Below, piece by piece: positions 17,771 through 25,633 of a stretch of DNA of 64,000 nt; position 1 is the stretch's first letter, and each line of letters starts with the position of its first letter. The position numbers and the translations under genes were made by a program. Location: the IMG/VR virus record IMGVR_UViG_3300036781_000119, positions 7,315 through 71,314 of that record; one strand, 5' to 3'. Source of the stretch: a virus. The notes under the pieces were generated by a model, which saw nothing but the letters and a program-made list of their open reading frames with translations, made no database searches and was not told where the DNA came from.

Positions 17771-18422
17771 CGCCCTGGCCGGGAAGCTGATCCCCGGCAC
17801 CCGCGCCTACATCGACTGCGTGTCCACCGCCGAGCCCACCTACGGGGCGCACGGCCGCGACAAGAAACACCCTATCCGGGTGTCGATCGCCCTGGAGGAA
17901 GGGCGCAAAATCACCGGCCGCCTGAACGTCCAGGTGTGCCCTGAGCCGGGCTGGACGGTGGAGCCGCAGTGGTGCCGCCGCTACGGCGCCAATGCCTCCC
18001 TGGCGCGCGCTGCCGGGATGCCGCCGCGTGATGTGGCCGAGGCCGCCCGCAACCTGCTCGGCACCGCCGAGGTCATCGTGGGCCACTCCATCGCCTTCCA
18101 CACGGGCCTGATCGCCCAGCTGCTGGTCGATGCGGGCGTGGCCGGCGCCTACAACCGGGAAGCCCTGGGGCCGACATTCGACACGATGCAGCAGACTGCC
18201 CAGGACTGCGCGATCGCCGGCACCCGGGGGAAGGGGTTCAAGCCGCCCCGGATGCCGGAAGCCTACCTGCATTTCACCGGGGAACAGCTGCCCGACATCA
18301 GCGACCCGAGCGTGACGTGGTGGCAGGCCGGCTTGCTCCAGCTGACCGCGCTGCGTCGGATCTGGTGGGGCAAGCACCGCTGGGGGCTGGCGCCGGCTAT
18401 TGAAGCCGAGGGGGTGCCGTGA
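17760..18422 (+). CDS. DnaQ/DEDDh exonuclease-like protein with degenerate active site
   Basis: VIVGHSIAFH, TFDTM and FKPPRMPEAYLHFTGE scaffold; most catalytic acids are missing. Confidence 0.7.
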   Translation: MDGNALAGKLIPGTRAYIDCVSTAEPTYGAHGRDKKHPIRVSIALEEGRKITGRLNVQVCPEPGWTVEPQWCRRYGANASLARAAGMPPRDVAEAARNLLGTAEVIVGHSIAFHTGLIAQLLVDAGVAGAYNREALGPTFDTMQQTAQDCAIAGTRGKGFKPPRMPEAYLHFTGEQLPDISDPSVTWWQAGLLQLTALRRIWWGKHRWGLAPAIEAEGVP

Positions 18423-20894
18423 CCGTCGCCGAGTTGCGCAAGGCGCTTGAGGCCCTGCCGGGTCACCTGCCGGTCAAGGGCACCAACGGCATCACGTTCA
18501 CCAGCCTGAACCAGCTGATCGAGGGGCAGGTCTGGTGGAATACCTCGTCAACGCTGCTGCCGATGGACAGGGGCGGCCTGGAGAAGATCGACGCCGCCCT
18601 GCTGGTATTCGACAGCCCGGCCGGCACGGGAACGCGGGCATGAGTGACGATCGTATCCGCAAGATGTTCCGGTTGGCCAAGACGGCGCGTGTGCAAGCCG
18701 ATTCCGCCGAACTCAATCGTCTGCGCGTTACCAACACGCAAATTCGCGACGAGCGGCACCTTGCTATGTCGGAGTTGTCCAAAGCCTCCGCCGAGCTGGC
18801 CCGCCTGCGCGCCGAGGTGGAGCGTCTGAAAGGTGCGCTGCTGCAAATCGAGCGGCGAGATTTGGTGAAAGAGCCCACCGAGAACGGCTATCGGGTGTGC
18901 GCTGGAGTGTTCGGAACCATCGCCCGCGCTGCCCTATCTGCTGGGGAGCCGGGACGGTGAGCGGGGCAAGGTGCGAGCCGGCTGATCCGACGAGGGATGG
19001 GACGCACTGGCTCAGCCACGACATCGGCGGGGACGTGCATCTGCGCCCGTTCTGGTGGGACAGTCGCAGAGCGCAATGGGTTGAAGTCGGCAAAACCTAT
19101 AGCTCTGAGGAAATGACCCGCACTGGATGGGTTTACGAAGCCCCAATCCCCACCCCATCAGCCGTCGCGGCATTGGTCCAGGCGGCGAGGGCGGTTGCCA
19201 AGGCGTTTCCGTTGGGGTGTGAGACGACCACGCAAGACGACGCACTCGAATGTCTCGACGCCGCCCTCGAACCCTTCCCCCAGCAGGAGACGAACGATGG
19301 CAAGTGAGCCGGTGACGCGGTGGGTGGTTTGGCATCCGGTCGAATTGGAGGCGCACGCTGGCGATACCCAGGATGGGGCGTGGTTTGCTGCCCAGTGCGC
19401 TGAGGATGTCGGGAAGCCTGTCCTTGTCGGTAAAGGCTGGACCTGCTCCCCCGTGACGCGGGAGGCGGGGGATGGCGGACGGTGAGGCCAAATCCCTGCG
19501 CGATCTCGGCGAAGCGCGGACAGATATGGAACTGTTCGCGGTTGCCGAAAGCCTGATGGAGCGCGTGCGCGGGCAACAGAACGAAGCCGCGCGGATATCC
19601 AGGCTTTGCCGGGCGGCACAACAGAAGTGCTTGACCGAATATGACCGGGCCAGCCGCGCCCTGATCGGGAGAACCGTATGATGCCCGCTAACCCCGACCT
19701 GACGGCGGCTGCCGTGGAGGCGATGGCGCGGGCGGCGTGGGGCAAATTGTCCATGCCCAGCATGATGGAGGCCGCCCTAACCGCCCTCCTGGCCCTGCTT
19801 CAAGATCGGGGGTGGCGGATCGTGCCCGAAGAGCCGACGCAGGACATGCTTCGGGCCGCAGGGAAGGCCGACGACGCAAGCGCCGTGGGCAACGGGCGCG
19901 ATGCCGGATGCGAGGAGCATTGGGACGCCATGCTCTCCGCCTCCCCGTCCCCGTTCGCTGGGGAGGCCGGGGGTGGAGGGTGAACCGGTCGCGCCGATTT
20001 CGCGAAACGCCGAGGTTGTCGCTTGGTTCTTCCAGACGATGCCGACGACACTCAAGTTTATGCGCCCGCACGTCATTCATCCAGGCACGAGAGCGGCGCT
20101 GGACGAACTGACCGCGGCTGGGCTTTTGGTCGTGACCCGCGATCCACGAGGCCCGATGGAATGGAAGGCAGCGCCGTCGCTGGGCCTGCTGCGCAAGTTC
20201 CGGCATCCCGAGAAGGACGAAGGTTTCCCGCTGACCATTGATGAGGACCCCCCCAATGCCTGACCCCGACACCCTCCTTGCCCTCGCCGCGCGTGCGGAA
20301 GCTGGCGGGGATGCGACGCTCTCGGATGACGTGTGGCGGGCGCTGGGGTGGCAAAATCGTCACGGCTACGGATGGCGGCTGCCTCCGTCTTTTGCGGAAA
20401 AGCGAAGTCTTCCCGACCTGACCCGCAGCATCGACGCGCAGGCGGAGTTGCCGGGGCGGATTTTGCGCGTAGTGCTGGATCAGTTTACTGGCGCTCCATA
20501 TTTCGTGGTCCGCGCAGAAATTCCCTTTGAAGGGATGTCCTACCGCAGCGGCGAAGGCAAAGCTTATACCGAGATTTTGGCCAGACTTGCAGCGAGACTG
20601 CGCGCTATAGCTTCTTCTGTCGAAGAACGATGATGCCGTGGTGCCCCGTCTGTGATGGAAGCGGAAAACATTGGGTCCACTTGCCGCAGCGCGATGATCC
20701 CGACCTGATGGTTGAGACGCATGGGCCATGCCGCGCCAGATGTGACGCCGGATATATCGAAGGAGAACCTGTCGAGATGGACGATCTGGCCACCACTGAA
20801 CCCCTGGCCGCCCTCCTCCGCGCAGCCGCACAGAAGGACGCTCCCAATGCCTGACCCCACGCCAACCCTCGTCGCAGCGGCGGCGGGGAGATGA
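18419..20894 (+). other. Array of small coupled hypothetical genes (18419-18643, 18640-18960, 18957-19307, 19297-19485, 19472-19681, 19678-19983, 19973-20263, 20256-20633, 20630-20854, stub 20847-20894)
   Basis: Chain of ATGA/GTGA overlaps with SD sites; WRIVPEEPTQDML motif in 19678-19983; CPVCDGSG Zn finger in 20630-20854. Confidence 0.7.
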
Positions 20895-20940
20895 CCGATC
20901 CGCACCGCCGCGCCACCCCGCCCGGCCGAGGGGAGAAATA

Positions 20941-21012
20941 GACGGGGCGGCTCCCGACATGCGAGCGCCGCCCCTGCATCCCCGCCCCCTGCCGTTCAGC
21001 AGAGGGGCGGCA
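20941..21012. terminator. Two GC-rich hairpins between convergent operons
   Basis: GGGGCGG..CTC/GAG..CCGCCCC and CCGCCCC.CTGC/GCAG.GGGGCGG stems; no clear U tract. Confidence 0.45.
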
Positions 21013-21025
21013 CGCTGTAGAGCCC

Positions 21026-22576
21026 CTACGCCGCCTTGGCCGGGAATGATCCGTTGATGCTGCGCCAGTTCGCCTCCTGGGGTGCATCCGGGCCGGTATA
21101 GCTGCACCCGGGGCGGATGATCAGATCGGCATTGCCCACGTTCTCGATCTTGCCGCCGTCCGCCGTCTCCTGGCTGTCGAACGCCACGCCGTCGAGCGTC
21201 AGCACCATGCCGATGCCGGCATTGTTGGCGTTCTCCAGCGCGAAGCCGATCAGCTGGTGATTGCCAGCGCCCCGCCCCATCCGCACGGTGCCGCCGACCA
21301 GGGTAGCGATGCCGCCATTTGGCAGGTCCACCACGCTGCCGCCCACATGCCCGTCGTCGGGATTGCCTTCGAAGGTGCTGTCGGTGGCGGTGGTGTGGCC
21401 GAAGCGCGACTTCAGGGCGTGGGTGGCCTTCATGCCGCACGACAGGGCGCAGCTGACCAAGGTCAGCGAACCAAGTTCGGGCGTGTCGCCGCTGGCGTAG
21501 ACGGCATGGCTGAGCCCGTCGCTGTTGCCGCAGTCGTGGACGTTGACGCGGGTCAGCTTGATGTCGCCCGAGAAGGTCAGCAGGCCGTCCTGGCACCCAT
21601 AGATTTCGCAGTCCTCCAGGGTGAAGCTGATCCCGTCGCCCTGCTGGCGCACCGCCGCGCAGTTGCCATCCGGGCCGCTGGCGCCGGTCAGGATCAGGTG
21701 CTTGCCGACGAAGCCGCTCACGGTCGGAACCAGGATCGCCTTGCCGAAGGCCACAGGCAGGCCGGTGGCGTCAAGGATCGTCGCGCCCGGCTGCCCCTGC
21801 ACGGTGATGTTGTGGACGCCACAGGTGCCCACGAATCGCCCGGCAGGCAGCACCAGCGTGCCGCCGGCAGGCGTGCGCTCTACCAGCCCCGCCAGCGTGG
21901 CGGGCGCGGCCGGCTGGCCGTTGATGCTGGCCCCGGTGATCGTGCTGACTTCGGCGGGCGGCGCCGGCGGCTGCACCACCACTTCGGTTTCGCTGACGAC
22001 CATGGGAATGCCCGTGTTGTCCCAGGCGGACGGGCTGTTCGGCGCCGGCTTGGACCCGCGCGCATCCATGGACGGGCCATTGTAGAGCAGGGGCACGAAG
22101 TTGATGCTGCCGCCGTTCCACCAGAGATCCTTCAGGCCGCCGAGCTCGTGCCCGTCCACGACGGTGACGAGGTGCGGCGCGGGGCCGAACTCGCCCTTGA
22201 TCGTGAACACCTGCCCCCGCTCGCCGCCGCTGGCCGCGCTGACCGTGAGCGGCCCAGCGATCGCCTTGCCGTTCATCAGCAGGGCAACGACGTTGTAGGC
22301 TTCCGGCTTGGCATTCGGGTTGCTCGATAGCGTCATCACCAGCGTGTCGCTGCCGACGCCGAGGGTGACCGGATCGCCGGGCTTGGCCACCGGCTTCATC
22401 TTCAGGGGATAGGTGTTCTTGTCCACAGGGACGGTGGGCGGCGCGGGATCTCCACTGATCGGCACATAGGCGCCGCGCGGGTTGATATAGGCGAACTGCT
22501 TGGTGGCTGGATTGTAGACGACGGGCCGCCGGAACGGGTCGGAAAACACGTCGCCGGGGACGGGAAGCTTGGACAT
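21026..22576 (-). CDS. Carbohydrate-binding module plus right-handed beta-helix (putative polysaccharide lyase/depolymerase)
   Basis: TLGVGSDTLVM...FTIKGEFGPAPH CBM-like domain; GGTLVLPAGRF, GKAILV, DGNCAAVR, QDGLL, DGLSHAVY and HALKSR beta-helix motifs. Confidence 0.7.
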   Translation of the reverse strand: MSKLPVPGDVFSDPFRRPVVYNPATKQFAYINPRGAYVPISGDPAPPTVPVDKNTYPLKMKPVAKPGDPVTLGVGSDTLVMTLSSNPNAKPEAYNVVALLMNGKAIAGPLTVSAASGGERGQVFTIKGEFGPAPHLVTVVDGHELGGLKDLWWNGGSINFVPLLYNGPSMDARGSKPAPNSPSAWDNTGIPMVVSETEVVVQPPAPPAEVSTITGASINGQPAAPATLAGLVERTPAGGTLVLPAGRFVGTCGVHNITVQGQPGATILDATGLPVAFGKAILVPTVSGFVGKHLILTGASGPDGNCAAVRQQGDGISFTLEDCEIYGCQDGLLTFSGDIKLTRVNVHDCGNSDGLSHAVYASGDTPELGSLTLVSCALSCGMKATHALKSRFGHTTATDSTFEGNPDDGHVGGSVVDLPNGGIATLVGGTVRMGRGAGNHQLIGFALENANNAGIGMVLTLDGVAFDSQETADGGKIENVGNADLIIRPGCSYTGPDAPQEANWRSINGSFPAKAA

Positions 22577-22590
22577 GGTGGGGAACTCCA

Positions 22591-23112
22591 TCAGTTGAAA
22601 AACGATTGTGCCTGCGCATACATCGACAGGAAGCCGTCGAGCGTGGCCTTGTCGGGCTCGGCCGCAGCATCGCCGCGCACCCACTCCTTGAAGTATGCGC
22701 GCGCCAGATCGGTGGGCGTGGCGATGACCATGTTGGCGATCAGGTGGGTGCGCCCGCCGATGTAGAGCCCCCGAGCGCCGATCCGGTCGCACAGGAAGGC
22801 GAGGCAATCGGCGGGCGTGCGGAAGCTGACGAACCGCCGGCGGAGGCCGGTCTGGTTTTCAGGCAGCACCACCGTGCCTTCAAACCAGTGCGTCAGGTTT
22901 TCCGGCCAGCGCCCCGAATCCGCCTGGACGCCGGCATAGTTGTTGTTCACGCCCGACTGGCCGTTCGCGCTTTCGTTCCGGAAAACTATGTAGGCGGCGC
23001 GCTGGATTTCGACCATTTCCGGCATCGCCCGGATGGCGTCGATCACGTCGGGCATCGTGACCGTGGTGCGGCGGTAGGGGATAACGGCGAGCTCGGGGTA
23101 AGCGTTCTGCAC
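22591..23112 (-). CDS. Putative endolysin (lysozyme fold, GH73/glucosaminidase-like)
   Basis: NESANG...NNNYAGVQAD...E...RRFVSF; located after the holin and lipoprotein genes. Confidence 0.65.
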   Translation of the reverse strand: MQNAYPELAVIPYRRTTVTMPDVIDAIRAMPEMVEIQRAAYIVFRNESANGQSGVNNNYAGVQADSGRWPENLTHWFEGTVVLPENQTGLRRRFVSFRTPADCLAFLCDRIGARGLYIGGRTHLIANMVIATPTDLARAYFKEWVRGDAAAEPDKATLDGFLSMYAQAQSFFN

Positions 23113-23129
23113 CCGGCCGCTATCCCCAG

Positions 23130-23357
23130 CTATTCCCCCTTGGCGGGCGCCTCCGGTGCGGCGGCTTCCTCGGCCACAGCAACCGCGACAGCTGCTTGAA
23201 GGCTGGCGTGCGCCGCCTCCTGGGCCGCGCGCAGGGCGGCCCGCTGTTCGAACGACAGATCACCCTCCAGGGCCGACAGCAGTTCCTTGCCGCTATCGAC
23301 CAGGGCGGGGGCAGCCTGGAGGGCTAGGAGGATGAATTGCAGATAGGCGGGGTTCAT
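23130..23357 (-). CDS. Small amphipathic protein of the lysis cassette
   Basis: AGGAG SD; hydrophobic N-terminus. Confidence 0.7.
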   Translation of the reverse strand: MNPAYLQFILLALQAAPALVDSGKELLSALEGDLSFEQRAALRAAQEAAHASLQAAVAVAVAEEAAAPEAPAKGE

Positions 23358-23367
23358 AGGTGGGCTC

Positions 23368-23724
23368 CTACTTGGTGGGGATCAGCGCGACCATGGCGGC
23401 CAGCGCGGCGGCAGCCTGGGCATAGGTGGTCTGGCCGGCTCGGTATTGCGTGAGCGCGGCATGGGCCACGGTGTCGGCCGCGCCGATCTTCGCCGCCACG
23501 CCGCGATCGCGGCACAGGCCGGTCGGCTGGGGGCACAGCGGCAGATGGACATAGATCGTCGCCGCCGTCTCGGCCGCCTTCAGGCCGCCGGTGAGCGCGT
23601 CCACCGTGTCGGCTGACGGGCTGGCCGTGGCAGCAGCAGGGGTCGCCGTGGCGGAGGTGTCCTTGACGCCACCGCAGGCCGCGAGCGGCAGCAGCAGGGC
23701 GAAGGCGAGGGTGAGGCGCTTCAT
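23368..23724 (-). CDS. Lipoprotein (spanin candidate)
   Basis: MKRLTLAFALLLPLAA|C lipobox; internal Cys pair. Confidence 0.8.
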   Translation of the reverse strand: MKRLTLAFALLLPLAACGGVKDTSATATPAAATASPSADTVDALTGGLKAAETAATIYVHLPLCPQPTGLCRDRGVAAKIGAADTVAHAALTQYRAGQTTYAQAAAALAAMVALIPTK

Positions 23725-23738
23725 GGCGGGATGATCCT

Positions 23739-24209
23739 TTACGTGGGGGATGCGGCTTGCGTCGCCGCGCTGGTGGAGCCGTCAACCGTTTTGGCCGATT
23801 CGACGGCGGTAGTCACGGGCACGGTCGGCACCGCCGGGTCGCCCGCGATGGCATGGCCGACGCCGGCCACGATCTTGGCCGCGATGGTGTCGGCAGAGGG
23901 TGCAATGGCCGTGATGGCGGTGGGCACGGCATCGACAATCCGCTGCACCTGCGCGCGCACGTCGGGGTCGCGGATGGTGATCTGCTGGAGCGGCTTTGTG
24001 CCGGCAGCAAGCTGGGTGACCAGCATGCCCACGCTGGTGCGGATTGCGGTTTCAATGACCGCCTTCTGCTGATCTTCCACGACGATGCCGCGATCCTTCG
24101 CCTTGTTCGCCAGCCATGCCGTGATCGCGCCGGCGGCAGCGGTCAGGATGGCGCCAGCCAGCGCGATCAGCGGGGTGATGATGGGCGTCAGGTCCACGGC
24201 GGTGGTCAC
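23739..24209 (-). CDS. Holin candidate (LL-H-like, single N-terminal TM helix)
   Basis: GTG start; IITPLIALAGAILTAAAGAITAWL then K...IETAI. Confidence 0.65.
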   Translation of the reverse strand: MTTAVDLTPIITPLIALAGAILTAAAGAITAWLANKAKDRGIVVEDQQKAVIETAIRTSVGMLVTQLAAGTKPLQQITIRDPDVRAQVQRIVDAVPTAITAIAPSADTIAAKIVAGVGHAIAGDPAVPTVPVTTAVESAKTVDGSTSAATQAASPT

Positions 24210-24433
24210 AGCATCAGCCAAACGAGCCTCCCCAGTCCAAAAATGAGAATCCACGGCATTAACGCAAGAATGACGGGGACAAATGCCCGCGCCCACATAG
24301 ACTTAGCCATGGCATCCCGCATTGCTGCAAACCCCCGTGGTCTGGCATACGTCCACACCATAGCGCCTGCCCGGTGTAACAACGTGGTGATCCCCTGGGA
24401 AATGACCACCATAGGTTGTCTTTGTCGCCACAT
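24206..24433 (-). CDS. Small membrane peptide (start may be MAKSMW)
   Basis: C-terminal TM helix; stop overlaps the holin GTG. Confidence 0.4.
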   Translation of the reverse strand: MWRQRQPMVVISQGITTLLHRAGAMVWTYARPRGFAAMRDAMAKSMWARAFVPVILALMPWILIFGLGRLVWLML

Positions 24434-24500
24434 TCAGCCTTTGTTCAGCCTACGGAAGCCGGAAACCGCAGGAGCACGGGCACACCCATGGGAGCCCTCA

Positions 24501-24959
24501 TTGAGCGATCCGCCGAAGCCGCCTTCCCTGGCGCACCGCCTGCCCTCCATCCTGGCGCTATGGGAGCCGTTTCTGGTCGAGTGGCTGTTGGTGGCAAATT
24601 CGATCTGGCTGGGGCTTTCCCTACTGGATGGGGACTTCTCAACCACCGCGAAGTCCGCCTCGGCGATCGTGCGCGAGGTGGGGCTTACGCCCCTGACGGC
24701 GGCAGTGCTCGCCTTCTCGGCCGCGTCATTCAAATTGCTCGGTTTGTTCGTCTGCCTGCTGGACGGAGGCAGCCGGGGCGGCATGGTCCTGCGAATGATC
24801 GGGCTGGGGATCGGCGTTTTCATTTGGAGCACGTTGGGCATCGGCTATATGTCCAACGACCAGTGGTTGCCCACTGCCGTGCCAACCCTGTCCTGGGGGC
24901 TCGCGTCCATCGTGATCCTGATTCGCACGCCAGCACTGCCAGGGAACCGTCCGCGATGA
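24501..24959 (+). CDS. Four-TM membrane protein, inverted relative to the late operon
   Basis: GGGAG SD then TTG at 24501; four hydrophobic segments. Confidence 0.7.
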   Translation: MSDPPKPPSLAHRLPSILALWEPFLVEWLLVANSIWLGLSLLDGDFSTTAKSASAIVREVGLTPLTAAVLAFSAASFKLLGLFVCLLDGGSRGGMVLRMIGLGIGVFIWSTLGIGYMSNDQWLPTAVPTLSWGLASIVILIRTPALPGNRPR

Positions 24960-25348
24960 CCCTAAAGCCAGGGTCCACCGGCAGCGAATACGTCTACGAG
25001 ACCCTTGGCGAAATCAAAGCGACCCTGCTTTCCGTCAGCCGGCAGATGGATGGGCTGGCCAATACGATTTCGCGCACCGGGGACAATCTCAGCGGCGAGC
25101 TCCAGGACTTGCGCGACGACGTGGCGGGCGTGGCGCGGCGCGTGGACAAGCTGGAAGCCGACTATGCATCCGTGCGCGGCAGCATGGATATCATGGCGCC
25201 GAAGGTCGAAAGCCTGATCGACCAGCGCAACCGCATCGCCAGCTGGACGATGGGCGCCACGGCCGTGCTGGGCGTGGCTTGGTGGGCGCTGGGCGGTTAC
25301 GTGATCGACGGCGCCAAGGCGCTGGTGAAAGCCTTCACCAGCCACTGA
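24956..25348 (+). CDS. Coiled-coil protein with C-terminal TM anchor (DUF1515/XhlA-like)
   Basis: ATGA overlap; LGEIKATL coiled coil; WTMGATAVLGVAWWALGG TM helix. Confidence 0.75.
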   Translation: MTLKPGSTGSEYVYETLGEIKATLLSVSRQMDGLANTISRTGDNLSGELQDLRDDVAGVARRVDKLEADYASVRGSMDIMAPKVESLIDQRNRIASWTMGATAVLGVAWWALGGYVIDGAKALVKAFTSH

Positions 25349-25624
25349 TCAGATTTTCTTTCTGACGATCCGCTTCTGCACGCCCTTGGCGTCGTATCGC
25401 GTCCACAGCACTTCGGTGAAGCCGACCCGGCGCAACTCGGCGCGGACAGCCGGCCACATCCCAAGGGGCAGGCTTTGGGACGGGCCGGTGACCATGCCCT
25501 TGATGATCGCGAGCCCTTCGTGACCGACCACGGCGACAAAGAAGTCCGGCGGGTCACGGTCTAGGGCGGCGTCATCGTGGTAGAGCCGCAGCGCCCCGCC
25601 GGTAATTTCCAGGTGGGCACGCAA
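25349..25624 (-). CDS. Hypothetical protein
   Basis: GGGG SD, TTG start; fills the gap. Confidence 0.6.
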   Translation of the reverse strand: MRAHLEITGGALRLYHDDAALDRDPPDFFVAVVGHEGLAIIKGMVTGPSQSLPLGMWPAVRAELRRVGFTEVLWTRYDAKGVQKRIVRKKI

Positions 25625-25633
25625 AGTCGCCCC

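Noticed and set aside
24410-25351. Invertible segment around the two + strand membrane genes
   Set aside because: No flanking inverted repeats and no invertase seen
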